A stretch of 64,000 bases of DNA from the human T2T-CHM13v2.0 reference genome, Homo sapiens, in assembly GCF_009914755.1 (NCBI RefSeq), contig NC_060937.1; one strand, given 5' to 3'. Both the position numbers and the translations under genes were made by a program. How positions within the stretch are numbered: position 1 is the stretch's first letter; every line of letters begins with the position of its first letter. The notes beneath the pieces are model-generated. The model made no database searches and was not told the origin of the DNA. It saw only the letters and a list, made by a program, of their open reading frames with translations. Of the stretch, positions 45,201 through 58,784 are shown one piece after another.

Positions 45201-48200
45201 AATTGACAAGCTAATTATAAAATATATTTAAACGAACAAAGATAGGAGAGTGAAAACACTTTTGATAAGAATGAAGTTGAATGGACTTGCATGGTCTTAT
45301 TTTGATACTTCTGTTTTACTTTAAACATGAAGACAATGTGGTAATAGTGTCTAAGTATTGACATATAGGTAAATATAATAAAATAAAGTTAGATACACAC
45401 GTATATAATTAACAGATTTTTTCTAAAATACCAACATAATTTAAAAGAGAAAAAAATGTATTTTTAACAAATGTTGTTACATTTGTATTTTTATATAAGA
45501 GAATAAACTTTTAGCTCCCACCACACACAAAAATTAGTTGTTAATGTGTCGGAGACCAAAATGTAAAAGATAAAAGTCTAAATTTTCATAAGAAAACCCA
45601 AAAAATTTTGTAGTTGTATTAAGCCATTCTTACACTGCTATAAAGAAATCCTTGAGACTGGGTAATTTATAAAGAAAAGAGGTTTAATTGACTCATGATT
45701 CTGCAGGCTGTACAGGAAGCATGGCTGGAGAGGCCTCAGGAAACTTTCAATCATGACGGAAGGAAAAAAGGAAACAGGCACATCTTACCTGGCCAGAGCA
45801 GAAGAAAGAGAGAAGAGGCGGAAGGTGACACACACTTTTAAACAACCAGATCTCAGGGAAACTCTATCATGAGAACAGCACCAAAGAAGGAAATTCGTGC
45901 CCATGATCCAATCACCTTCCACTAAGCCCCTTCTCCAACATTGGGGATTACAATTTGACATGAGATTTGGATGGGGACACAAATCAAAACCATATCGTTC
46001 TGCCCCTGCCCCCTCTCGAATCTCATGTTTTTATCACGTTCCAATAGATTATAAAATCATCTCTTCTCAACAGTCTCCCAAAGTCTTAGCTAATTTAGCA
46101 TTAACTCAAAACTTCACAGTCCAAAGTCTCATCTGAGAGAAGGAAAGTCCCTTCTGCTTATGAGCCTGTAAAATCAAAGATAAGTTTGTTACTTATCCTG
46201 TGGAGGTACAGGCATTGGGTAAATACTTGGGTTCCAAAGGGAGAATTTGGCTAAAAGAAAAGGGCTATACCTCCCATGCAATTCAACACCCAGTAGGGTA
46301 GTCATTAAATAGAGCTCCAAAATAATGTTTTTTGACTCCATGTCTCACATTAAGGGCACACTGATATAAGTGGTGGTGGGCTTTGAAGACCTTGCGCAGC
46401 TCTTCCCCTGTGCCTCTGCAGGGTACAGCACCCATGGGTGCTTTCACAGGCTGGCATTGAGTGCCTGCAGTTTTTCTAGGCACACAGTGCATGCTGGCAG
46501 TGAATCTACCATTCTGGCGACTGGAGGACAGTGGCCGTCTTCTAAAAGTCCACTAGGCCGTGCCCTAGTGGGGAACCTGTGTGGGGGCTCCAACCCCATA
46601 TTTCCCCTCCACACTCTCCTAGCAGAGGTTCTCCATGAGGGCCCTGCCTGTGCAGCATACTTCTGCCTGTACATTCAGGCTTTTCCATACAGCTTCTGAA
46701 ATGTAGGTAGAGGATCCCAAGCCTCAACTCTTGCACTCTGTGTACTTGTAGGCTTAATACCACCTGGAAGCTGCCAAGGTTCCACAAGACATAAGTCTTG
46801 CACCTGTGAAGCAGCAGCCTGAGTACCTGGGCCTCTTTGAGCCATAGCTGGAGCTGGAGTGGCTGGGAGGCAGGGAGCAGTGTCTCGAGGATGTGCAGGG
46901 CAGTGAAGCCCTAGGCCTGGCCCACAAAACCATTCTTTCCTCCTAGGCCATCAGGCCTGTGATGGGAGGGGTTGCTGGGAGGTTCTCTGAAATGCCTTCA
47001 GAGCCCTTTTCCCATTTATTAGCTATTAGTACTTGCCTTCTTTTAAATTACATAAATTCCTGTAGCTGGCTAGAATTTATCCCCAGAAAATGGGTTTTTC
47101 TTTTCTACCACATAGCAAGGCTGCAAATTTTCCAAACTTTTATGCTCTGCTTCCCTTTTAAATATAAGTTCCAGTTTCAGGTCATTTATTTGCTCATAAA
47201 TGTGAGCATAGGCTGCTAGTAACTGCCAGGCCATATCTTGAACACGTTGATGCTTAATAATTTCTTCCACTAGATGCCCTAAAGCATCACTCTCAAGTTC
47301 AAAGTTCCACAGATCCCTAGGGCAGGGACACACTCTCTCCAATCACTTTGCTAACATGTAACAAAAGTGACCTTTGCTCTAGTTCCCAGTAAGTTCCTCA
47401 TCTCCATCTGAGACCTCCTCAGCCTGGACTTCATTGTCCATATCACTGTCAGCATTTTGTTCACAATAATTTCACAAGTCTCTAGAAAATTCCAAACTTT
47501 CCTCCATCTTCCTATCTTCTTCTGAGCCCTCTACACTCTTTCAACCTCTGCCTGTTACCCAGTTTCAATGTCACTTCCACATTTTCAGTTATCTTTAGAG
47601 CAATGACCCACTGCTGGTACCAATTTTCTATATTAGTCTGTTCGTGCACTGCTATAAAGAAATATCTGAGGCTGGATAATTTATAAAGAAAAGAGGTTTA
47701 ATTGGCTCACCGTTCTTCAGGCTGTACAGGAAACATAGCTGGGGAGGCCTAAGGAAACTTACAATCATGGCAGAAGGCAAAGGGCAAGCAGGCACGTCTT
47801 TCCATGGCCAGAACAGGAGGAAAAGAGAGAATGGAGAGGTGCTGCACACTTTTAAACTAACAGATCTTCTGAGAACTCACTCACTGACACAAGAAGAACA
47901 AAGGGGAAATCTGTGCCCATGATCAAATCTCCTCCCACCAGGCCCCTCCTCTAACAATGGGAATTACAATTTGACCTAACATTTGGGCAGGGACAGAGAC
48001 CTAAACTACATCAATAGTTTTCTAATAGAAAGAATTTACTTAGGACATAAAAACAGCAAGCAACAACAACAACAACAAAAAACACCCAAAAGGGACCCTA
48101 ACAATAAACTGTTTTTATTGTCAAAAATTACATTATAAAATTAAAAGGGGATACTATGTCCATAGAGTATATATTTTCAATACATTTATGTAATGAAGAC

Positions 48201-49045
48201 CAGATGCACAAAATATGCAGAAAACACTTATAACTCATTAAGAAGACAAACAAGTCATTTTTTCAATGGTAACATTTGTTGAGATACTTCACAAAATAAA
48301 ATATACAAAGGGCCAATAAGCAAAGACACAGATACTAAAAAAAGTTTCAGTTATCAAGCAAGGCATATTAAAACTACAATGAGGTTCTTGTATAATCACT
48401 AGAACAGCCAAAATCTAAAAGATTTATGATACTAATTACTGGTGAGGGCACTGGAGCAACTGGAACTTTAATAAATTGCTGCTGGAAACATGAGATGGCA
48501 CAACAAATATTGAAAAGTAATTTGGAAATTTCTTATGAAATTAAACATGCACATATTACTTGGCCCAGCCATTCCACTTGCAGATATTTAAGAAAAATTA
48601 AAATACTTGTCTTTATAGAAGCTTTTACAAAAATGTTCACAGCAACCTTATTTACACTAGCAAAGAACTGGAAGCAATATAAATGTTCATCAATATGTGA
48701 CTAAACAAATTCTGTCATATTCATGCAATACTACTCAGCAATAAAAATTTACTATTGTTAAAAGCATGAAAGAACCTCAAAAATATTATGCTGACCAAAG
48801 TATCAATGATTCTCAAAAATATGTCATGTAAAAGACTCAATGTTAATTTTCATAACAGTTAAAATTAGTCTATAGTGATAGAAGTCAGACAATTTGCAGG
48901 GTCAGAGTGTCATGAGATAACTTTTTGGAGTGACTGAAACATTTGATATCTTTACTGTGGTTATGTTTATATGAGTATATACATTTGCCAAAACTCATCA
49001 AACAATACACTTACAGTGGATGCATTTTACCATTTGTAAGTTATA
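42262..49045 (+). mobile_element. Near full-span old L1 (L1M4/L1MC-MD type) with an internal inversion (42871-43546) and a MaLR insertion
   Basis: 5'UTR 42262-42870; ORF1 resumes at 43547; ORF2 fragments at 43880-45610 and 48019-48750; 3'UTR aaaactcatcaaacaatacactt...gtaagttatacac. Confidence 0.8.
45615..48013 (-). mobile_element. Complete MaLR provirus (THE1D/MSTA): LTR 45615-45997, internal 45998-47628, LTR 47629-48013
   Basis: Two homologous LTRs in direct orientation. The internal ORF remnant RDLWNFELESDALGHLVEEI...LKLELIFKREAEHKSLENLQP is typical of THE1/MST-int. TSD gtagt/atagt. Confidence 0.96.
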
Positions 49046-49166
49046 CACTAAATTAATTTTTAAAAGTAGGTAGTGTAATATACTTTTTTATTCGTAATGT
49101 ACAGTGGAATCTGCTCTGTCACTTACAAAAATAAACTGGCACCAGATGATTAATGATATCTTAAGA

Positions 49167-49322
49167 GCAGTAGTTGTCTAATTTGTTTGCATATTGGAAT
49201 TCTTGTGTCACTTTAACAAAAATAAGGATGCCAGAGTCTAATTACTCTGGTTTAATTTGTTTGGGTGCCAGTTTTAGGTTTCTTCAGGTGACTCTACTGT
49301 AATGCCAGCTTTTAGAACCCCT
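49167..49322. mobile_element. MER5A-type MITE
   Basis: gcagtagttgtctaa...tgcatattggaat...caggtgactcta...tttagaaccc. Confidence 0.65.
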
Positions 49323-50747
49323 AAGACAGTATTAAAAACAGCCACATTTAGCTGTAAGCAGAGTTAAAGGCTGTGCTTTTATAATTTTGAAATATATATT
49401 AAAATATTTATTTTATTAAAAATAAGAGAAGTAAACTAGATTTAAAAGGGAAAAGTTTTATTTACTATGACATTGTTAACTATGTACAAAAGTATAAATT
49501 TAATTATGTACCAAACTATAATATAATGTTCTAATTAGTCTAAATTGTTGTGTTTCTAAATTATTTTTATGCTTTCTTATTTCTCCTTCATCTTTTATTT
49601 GATCCAAACCTAAAACCTCTGATGTCATTTTTTTAAGGTTTTGTTCTTGTGGAGCATGTACATTTATTTTCTTTTTTTCTTCTAGTTTTCTTTAGAGGTA
49701 TGTTAGTATGATCTTTACCTCAGTCATTACCATAGTAATGAAGGGATGTCTCTGAAAAGCTGAAGAGGAGACAATTCCTTTTATGACAACCCCCTTCAAA
49801 TCTGCTTATATTTTTTTTTCTAAGGAACAGAAACAAATGTGTCCTAGAGAAGTGATAGGTAGATGGAGAAACATAGATAATGATGAGAGATAAGTAGATA
49901 TATCTAGCCAATGATTAATGATTAAGAGCTTACTATTGTAAATATGTCATGTTAAAACACCAACTACTTTCTAAAAGTGCAAATAGTTACCCCAGAACTA
50001 ACCACTAAAAATGTCAAAAACACAGTGTTATAGGAGCTTATTAAATTAGTTTCACCAGAGGTTGTAACTGCTGATTTTATAGTCACTCCTTTAAAAGAAG
50101 AGCTTCATTTAACAGTGTGCAATACTCCTTCTGGTATAGGTTATCATGTATATTTGGCAAAATGCTATCACAAACACAGGCCTAACATATTACTTTAAAT
50201 TTCTTAGATGTCCAAGACTAAAGGGCAGAAAGAATATGGAGTAAAGAAACAGAATGAAGAACACATGGAAAGTGTGATGTAGGAGGTTTAAAGTTGTATG
50301 ATTAATGTCTAAGCATAAATAAGATATTCTGTAGCCTTACTTTCATAAAGTAGCATTTCTCATGTAAATAGTTTACCATAATAAATGTCAGATAACATCA
50401 GGTCTGTGTGGGATGGAGTTACACTTGGGTCTAAAATGAGGTATGTCTCTTATAATGAGGGACAGTGAGAGATACCGTATGTTCCTTGCTTTCAAATTAG
50501 GAGTTCCATCTGTTTAACTAGTTGTCAATTTCATCCAAAGATACATAATGATTTGTGAGGATTCTGCAATGTGATAAACACCTTCCTTCTAGTATATGAT
50601 CGCTTCCAGGCCACTGACTTCACAAAGTAGTTCAGGCAAAGTGATTATTTGGACACAAGTACAATATATTAGAAATCACAAAATTTGAGTCCAAATTTGA
50701 GTTACTAAGTCACACACTGGTAACTATATAAAATGTTGACAGTAGTA

Positions 50748-50915
50748 AGAATTGGCTACTTAAGTCTCAGGGCCCAGCACCAAATGGAAATAGGGGGTGC
50801 CTTGATAAAAAATTATTAAGAAATTTAAGTTGGTGATACAGTGTTTTAGTAAGTGTGAGGCCTTTCAATGCATGGTGCCTTGTGCTTATGTTGCATGTCC
50901 ATGAAACCAATCCTG
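50748..50915 (-). mobile_element. MER45A (hAT-Tip100 MITE)
   Basis: gggcccagcaccaaatggaaatagggggtgccttgataaaaaattattaagaaatt...catgaaaccaatcctg. Confidence 0.75.
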
Positions 50916-51002
50916 ACTGTAGTTCTGTACTTTAGCTATGCTGTTAAATCTAAGCTGGAACATCAATACTAAGATGTGTCATCAAATTGAAAACAGCTTT
51001 TT

Positions 51003-51305
51003 AGCTGGGCGGGGTGTAATGGCTCATGCCTGTGATTTCAGAACTTCGGGAAGCCAAAGAGGGAGGATTGCTTGAGGCCAGGAGTTTGAGACCAGCATGG
51101 GCAATGTTAGCAAGACCTCCTTCTCTATAAAAAATAAAAATAAAAATTAGCTGGGCATAGTAGCATGTGCCGGTAGTCCTTGCTATTCCAGAGGCCGAGG
51201 TGAGAGGATCCCTTGAGCCCAGGAGTTCAAGGTTAGAGTGAGCTATGACCTTGCCACTGTATTCCAGCCTGGGTGACAGAATGAGATACTGTCTTAAAAA
51301 AAAAA
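51003..51305 (+). mobile_element. Full-length AluJ
   Basis: ggaggattgcttgaggccaggagtt; gaggatcccttgagcccaggagttcaagg; gtgagctatga. Confidence 0.95.
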
Positions 51306-51749
51306 TGGTGAAAAATAAATCACCTTTTCGCAGGTAAAAATAAAACTGAAATAAAATGAAATTTTAAAATTCTCAATGTTAATTATAAAATATTAAGTAG
51401 AAGTAAAACTTGATTTATACAAATATTGAATTGTGCAAACTATATCTTAGAATTAATTGAACATGGTATTTAACATAATATGATCTCAAAATTTACACAT
51501 TAAACCTATCTATATTAACAACTTCTCTTCTTCCCTCTTTTTGCTTCTAATTCTCATTTTTTTTTATAAACTTGATAAAGATCACACATATGTTTGCAGA
51601 ATGGTGTGTACTTACAAATAGTTAACTGGTAAAGAGTTCATTGGTGGGAGGATTCAAAATCCCAGAGAATTAGCCACTGGGTTTCCTCAATACTTTGTGC
51701 ATCTAGCAATGCTTAAAAATTCCATTAATTGTTATCCCGAGTGTATTCC

Positions 51750-51989
51750 AGAGAAATGAAAAGAGAACTTTAGAATTAGATTGCTTGGGTTCAAATACTA
51801 ATATAGAAAATACTTACATCTTTGGATAAGTTACTTGTTCATTTCTTTCTAGTTTTTCATCTATAAAGTAAGTATTCCTTATTATAACATTTACTGAGAT
51901 AAGTAGAAATAAGATTATTATACATGCTCCATAGAGTTATGAAAATTAATTCAAATAATCTATGTAAAGCTAACAGTATAGTTTTAAAG

Positions 51990-51990
<1 letters not shown>
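51750..51990 (+). mobile_element. MIR SINE
   Basis: gattgcttgggttcaaatac...ttggataagttactt...tagtttttcatctataaa. Confidence 0.7.

Positions 51991-52019
<29 letters not shown>
51991..52019. repeat. Perfect (TA)n microsatellite
   Basis: Uninterrupted TA run of ~29 bp. Confidence 0.95.
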
Positions 52020-52021
<2 letters not shown>

Positions 52022-53109
52022 GTTATAAAGGTTAGCCATTATATTGATGTGCATTCTTTTGTATTATTTTTTGTTACCCATAGGCCATCAGGAGTTACTC
52101 CCCTCTACTGTACAGGGAATAATGATAAAGGTAATAACAGGAGACATGTGGGTGGTGAAGAATATGAAAAAGAGAGATCGCTGGTAATTTTTTTCAAGGA
52201 ACAGTGCAGTTTTGAAGAATTGTCAGAGTAAATATAACTGCCATCTACCTTGAAGTCTATTTGGAGATATACTTGATGAGCCTGAGAATGTTGCCTCACC
52301 AAAAACTGATTAGAAAGGCTATGATTTTGAGTCCATTATAAATTTTCTTCAAGAGTGTAATTTAGAGAGATCTAAAATAATCAAGTAGGGCTTAGGAGTT
52401 ACAAGAGCAACCTGTATGTAATGTCATGTACATTTTTCTCAAGTGGGCTGTGTTTTTCATATTCAACTTTTCATCCTTCCCAACTCCTTTATCTGGGTTA
52501 AGACTCTATGTACTTTTCTACTGCACAAAATTTCCCTCATATTTCTACCAATTTTCATCTTGAAACAACAGCCAACATCTTCCCAAAAAAGGCTTTACCT
52601 CTTAGGAATAAGAGGAAGTAAAATTCATTAGCCTTATTGGCTATTCCCTGTAAATCTAGTTTTTACCCATTTTTTAATATTTATATATTCCTTGTACCCA
52701 TGTTTTATTATTAATTGCTTTAAGTTGATCTCAACTGAATAGGTGCCTCCCTTAGCATTGACATAATTTTTAGCTCCTTTTCTGTCTTTTGTTATGCCTG
52801 ACACAATTTTTTTTTAAATTTTTTAAACCATAATTTGCAGTGAGGTAGATTTTACCATTGTCCCATTTTGCCCAAGTATAGAAGCTGAGTGTTTCCTTCT
52901 CTTTGGTGTGAGAACATCTAACTACTGGGGGAAGGATCCATGTTTCTTGTACTACAGCAAAGACACATATACATACATCAGTTTGAATGAAGTTTATCCA
53001 AGTTTCACAGGATTGTTGAATGTAAACAAACCCTTGTTTAAGGTCCCTATCACTAAGTAACAAATCCTGTGAAAAAATTATAGCCTTCAAATAACGCTAA
53101 TTATGATCT

Positions 53110-53530
53110 CTCTTTGATCCTTGGGTTGACAGGGAGTTTTAATGGTTCTCTGTTATTATCTTACATACAACTGCAGCCAGATAATACCTGGAGCTGCATC
53201 TCTGTTGAATATCCAGCAGAGAAATTTTTCACTCACATGATCAGTGCCTTCATATTCTTTCACTTTTCAACACTTAGTGTTCTATCCCTCAAAGCTAGAT
53301 TGGGCTTTTTATGGCTTGATGGTCTCAGGGTACGCACATTTCTTACATGGTGGCTGGCTTCCATAGGAAAGCATTTTAAGAGGTACCAGTTTTCTCAATG
53401 GCTAGGCCTGGAACTGGCCAGAGTCACTTTCACTACATTTGATTTCTCAGAACAGTCACATGGCAGCCCAGAGCAAGACAGTGAATTAAATAGGTGCCAT
53501 CAATTGATGGAGGGCATGTGCAGGCTGACA
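53110..53530 (-). mobile_element. Old MaLR LTR (MLT1K/L-like)
   Basis: ttcttacatggtggctggcttcc...ctaggcctggaactggc...cacttt...agtcaca...ttgatggagg. Confidence 0.7.
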
Positions 53531-55636
53531 GGGTAGGAATGAATGGAAGTATGTTGGAGAGGGCAATGTGTCTTTTTGTCTTCTCTTTCATAATATATAT
53601 TGAGCATCTACTTTGTGCCTCCAAATGCATTAGGCACTAACTCATTGTTCTTTTTTATTTGCAATTGTAATTGAGTTGTAATATACAGTAAATTTATGTT
53701 TAATCGTTTCCAGGTCATCAACTATTTTGTTTTCCCTTAGAAAGTATTATATTTTACTATATTTTGCTTGAATGTGAAAAAACACTAATTATATTACATT
53801 GCCAATAAGCGATATGGACATTTTTATTTGCTAAAATGATACATAATATTCTCTATACAATTATTTTTGTTGTTGCTTTTCTGAATCTCATGTAACCATT
53901 AGCAGGAAGACTTCAAATAACTTCTTTAGTATTTTGTTGCCTTATTTTAATATCTTTATAACTTCTGTCACATGGTATAACATCTTTAAGAAATGTTTAA
54001 TACATTTCTAAAAAATTAATAATTCTAAACAGCATAGGTGTTGTCGAAACCTAATAACAGGTGTCTTGGCTCGTTTCCCTACTGTCTTATAGGCACTTAT
54101 TATTAGTGTCTGACTGAGAGGATTTGCTTTCGAATTTGTAAACTTAAAGAACCACTTTAGAGGTAAATAGAAAACACGACCATTATTTTTACCAACCAAT
54201 TATTGATCACAAATAACATCTATGTCTGTTGGAACCATAACAATTTTGTAAGGATCACAACATGATTTTAAGTCACCTTGAAAATATAACAGAGCTGTGT
54301 TAAAAAGAAAAAGAAGGCTAATAGCCCACTTTGTCAATACTAAAATGTTGGTGCCTATGAGAATGGGTGCCAGTATTTTCTGACAGCCCTTCTGGAAATT
54401 CTTGTGTTTTTTTTTCCCATTATTTCTGTTCCTTTGTTATCCAACTATATATAACTCACAATATTTTCTGATCCATCAGCAAAAGTATTCAAATACCAAC
54501 AGTAGAAATGTTAATACAAGCTGTGAAGATTTGATTGTTTTCTGCTCAAAATTATGTGATTTAGTATGAAGTTTACAACATGTGGTTATAAATCTTTCTC
54601 TCAGACAAGTTTTCAAAAATAAAAAGGTGTATTTTTCTTTGATCTGCAACAGAAAAGGTAGGAAAGGGTTTATCTTCTTTAACAGACTTTTTTTTCCTCA
54701 GAGAAATTAACGTAGCTGTGGATTTGCTTCAGTTGAATAACCTGCTTTTAATGCACGAAATCAGACACAGAGGGTATTATGTACTTACTTTTAGTGAAGA
54801 GAAAATGTTTGAGATGCCTTAGATTCTCTTCAAGGGAAATATTTAGGTATATTTATAATTGCTGAGGATGAATGTATAAACTAAGTTTTCATAGATATTT
54901 CTACAGCTTAACATTGTATATTTGCAATATTAATTTCAGATTTGGAAGCAAAATAATAAAGGCTAAATTTATGGGAAACATGATTTAAACAGCTTAAACC
55001 TAATTTATAATATTGAGTGGGAAAATTCCTATTAAAATCACTTTCCTGGCTATTACATAAGAATATATTGGAAATTGCCTTTTATTTTGTCTGTAAATAA
55101 TTTCTCATTTTTCAACCAGAAATTGTTAAATTAAGATCCTGGTACACGCATGCAATTTATTTGAGGGGATAAGGTTCAAATATAGAAGAATATAAATATG
55201 CTATTTGAAATCTGAGAGTCCTGACTATAGCTCTGCAGTATATATCAACATAATAATATTAGGTATACAGGTTCTAATTATATATGTGGTTGGACATTAC
55301 AACGGTTGTATCTTTAAATATTAAAATTACAGAAATTTTAAACATAGAAGGATATCTTAATGGGGTTTATGTATATAAACACTTAGAATTGGAAGAAATC
55401 TAAAAAGTTTACTTGCCTCAAACATAGTCTCTATTAGCTTGCCACCTGTGTGAAATCCTCATTGTTTATTCATTTGTCTATAACCAACTATACACACAAA
55501 ATTGAGATGAATATATTCCAATATATATCACTCTTTGAGTCATAGGGTAAGAAAAGAACCTGGGTAAATATGGCACATCTTTCTAAAGCATTCATATAAT
55601 AAAAGACTGGAAAGGGTATACATCTAAATTAAAGTT

Positions 55637-55820
55637 GGGGTTATCAGAGTTATCAAACAAAAATACAGGCCTCTGAGTTGAATTTGAATTTCAAATAAAC
55701 AATGAATCATTTGTAATATAAATAGGCCTCTTGTAATGTTTAGAACCCAGTTAACTAAAAAATTGTCATTTATCTGAAATTCAGATTTTACTGGCATTCT
55801 GTATTTTATCTGCAGCTATA
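55637..55820. mobile_element. MER53 palindromic MITE
   Basis: aaaaatacagg...gttgaatttgaatttcaaataaacaatgaat / atttatctgaaattcagattttactggcattctgtattttatctg form inverted arms. Confidence 0.85.
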
Positions 55821-56024
55821 ATTACAGAATAAACAGATGCAAAAAAATTACCAGATGTAAGCATTTCATGCAAATAAACAATGAAACAAGGCACTGTAAT
55901 AATATTTTATTTTAGTGTCATATTATCCTCCCAGAACTTTCATTACTATTTGTTTACTCCTATTGAGGAAGCACTTTGGTAGATATTTTTTTGAGAAGCA
56001 TTTACTTACAAATAAAAACATTAA

Positions 56025-56568
56025 GTATGAGAGTTTAAAAACACAGTTGTTAATTCTTTGACACTTCTCCTGAGGAAAGGAGAGATCCGTACTCTCTCGC
56101 CTTGAAACTGGACAAGTTTGTCATTGTTTAGAGAAATAAATTACAATAGAAGTAAAGACATGGTGTTAATTTAGCTTAGCTTATGCCTTGAGTTCAAAGG
56201 AGCATTTTCTCCTGATGCCCTAGGATGTTATGTCAGAAGTCTCACTATTCTGATGTCAAAATACAGTGGGAAGATCATGTTTCTTGGGAAGCCTCACACT
56301 GACATTCCAATCAACAATCCATGTGTGCCCAATCTACTAGTAATTCCAGTCTAGGTGCCAGATTTACGAGTGAAGAAGTCTCCAAATGATTCCATCTCTC
56401 CATTGTTCCAGCATCCCCCAGCAGTTTAAGTCTTTCCTGCAAATTGCAGAACAGATAGAAACTGTCTCTGTTGTGCCCTGTCTAAATTCCTAACCAACAG
56501 AATCAACTAATTGTTTCATTTCGCTAAGTTTTGTAGCAGTTTGTAACTTAGCAGTTGATAACTGCAAT
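56025..56568 (+). mobile_element. MaLR LTR (MLT1G/H-like)
   Basis: aattctttgacacttctcc...ccttgaaactgg...gtgccctgtctaaattcctaaccaacagaatc...ctaagtttt...gcagttgataact. Confidence 0.8.
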
Positions 56569-56689
56569 GGGATATACCTAAAACGTTTAAAAGTTAACTT
56601 GCTAATAAAATAGCATGTATATGATTTTTTAAAGATTTTTATATTTTCAGAAATGAAAGCAGGAAGATGGCTCAGAGTAATTTAGTTTG

Positions 56690-56850
56690 AGCTGCTTAAA
56701 ATTTATGTGCCTATGAATTACCTAAGGATCTTGTAAAAATGTAATTTTTGATTCAGTAGTTTGGAGGTGGGGATGACATACCTCATTTGTAATAAACTCT
56801 AACATGATGATGATGGTGCTGGTCTGTGAACCAGCCTTTGAATAGCATAA
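56690..56850. mobile_element. MER5A/B MITE
   Basis: gaattacctaaggatcttgtaaaaatg...tgattcagtagtttgg...gatggtgctggtctgtgaaccagcctttgaatagca. Confidence 0.8.
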
Positions 56851-57039
56851 CTCTGCTTCACTTCTCTCATTCTGAATTTGAGAAAATTGAGATCTAAAGT
56901 GATTAAATAGTTATCTAAGACTACAGATAAATGCTGACAAGCCATGTAATATTTCTTAGCAGAGGTCATGGCCCTAAGTTATGGGTTATCAGGAGGCAAC
57001 TGGAAGTTACAAATAATGGAGAAGAGAATTATTTGTTGA

Positions 57040-57230
57040 TGATCCACATGTCACTCATTTTTCTTCACTCTCATCCTTAAAGACAGATAATCTTACAGTT
57101 AAATTGGAAATGAGAAATTTAAGGCCTAGCAAAAACAAGTGACTAACTGGAATAGGTACATGAAGAAGGGCTTGAATCCAGGGATTAGGGGATTAAAAAT
57201 TTTTGTCTTCTATACTATGCCAGCTTGTCC
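57040..57230 (-). mobile_element. MIR SINE
   Basis: gaaatgagaaatttaaggcctag...aagtgactaac...cttgaatccagg...ctatactatgcc. Confidence 0.6.
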
Positions 57231-58784
57231 AATCCACTGTTGGCAGATTGCATGAGGTCCATGATGGCTTTAAATGTGACCCAATACCATATAGTAGTCA
57301 CTTAATCCTCAGCATACCACTAGAAATAATCACTATTTGTCATCTCTGTCCAGTGGAGTATACAGATGGATATATATACACATATATATATGGAATAAAG
57401 TTCACATAGGTTTATGACTAATCTACAAAACAAAAATGTATAGACAGGAAAGACAGCTATTAGAAATTTTAAAAAAAATCTAAAATAGTAAAACCCTTTA
57501 GTATCAAGAAAATTTTATGCACAAACATCTTCAAAAATGAACAAACATTATCACATGTTCTTCTTGTAAAATGGACTGGAACATTTCATGATGAAGTTCT
57601 TCCAGTTAAATGGCTAGCTGGAAGAGAATGCTACATTTCCTTTTTGTCCTTAGTCATAAATTATATATCTTAAATAATTACATAATAATGACATATTAAC
57701 AGTGCTGCTATGTATAATTTTGCATTTATCTTCTGATTCATTTAATAATTGTGAAATGTATTTTTTTGTTTTCTTCTCTTTGCTATTAAAAGAAAAAAAT
57801 AAAGTATCCAAAATTCTCAACTGTATTCCGTGAACTCTAAAAAGATATTTCCCATATCTTATATGGGAAATATAAGATAACTAAGGTTCAATGTATTTTT
57901 TAGATTCACAAAAGAGTGCAAAGAACATACAGTTCAATTGTGGGATAGAATTCAATTAAAAAATACTAAGTAAATTTTGTTCTTATTTTTTGCAGGATGG
58001 CTAAAAAAGATGAATGCCATAAAATGTCAGGTTGTACAAAGACTTAGAGCTGCTCAATAAAAAAAAACTCAAAAACTAAAATTGAGCCCAGTGGACCCAA
58101 TGACATATCAGTTAGAGATATGACCACTCCATAGATTGAAGGCTGTCAACCAGCATTAGTTGCATGATCATGTTAAAAGAGCAAGGAGGAAAGGGGCTAT
58201 ATTGTTTTAAATCAATATGAAACAAATTAATCTACCAGTCACAAGTAAATAAAACACCAGGTCATGAATATGATCACACAAAAAAGAAAAATACTCCTGT
58301 ATTTTCCTAAAGTATGTCAAACCAACACTTCACAGTATCAACTGACAGTATCATCAAAAAAATTAGTGAAAGCTGCTAGTTTCATGAAAATGCAATCAGC
58401 AGATTGAATAAATAAATATAATTTTATTTGTGTAACTTTATCTCAAGCCACACTGTCAGTAACTTTTCATTAGTTTTTTAAAACCTATTTTACTTTTCAT
58501 TAATCAAAAAGAATACAGAAATAAATGTAATTATTGGCAATAACTGTGTTTTATGAAATTCTAAAAATGTTTTCATTGATGCATTCTGATAGATTAGAAT
58601 GCATACGATGAATTAACAAAGTAATCATGTAGCAAAATATTTTAAAAAATGAACAATATTTATCCAAAAATAGATTCTATATATATTTAAAATCATGAAA
58701 TAAAATTAATCCATTCAAGTGATATTCTCCATATCATTCATCTTATTGTATATTAAATCATAATAATTTAGTTTTTTTCTTTAT

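Noticed and set aside
53114-53536. 140-aa ORF
   Set aside because: Coincides with an antisense MLT1 LTR, starts at TTG, and has no recognisable domain.
55868-55884. atgcaaat next to aacaatg (Oct plus Sox)
   Set aside because: Orientation and spacing differ from the canonical SOX2-OCT4 composite, and chance occurrence is likely in AT-rich DNA.
57975-58036. Strong + strand acceptor followed by ATG
   Set aside because: The only nearby donor (cag|gttgta) is weak and no exon chain is evident.
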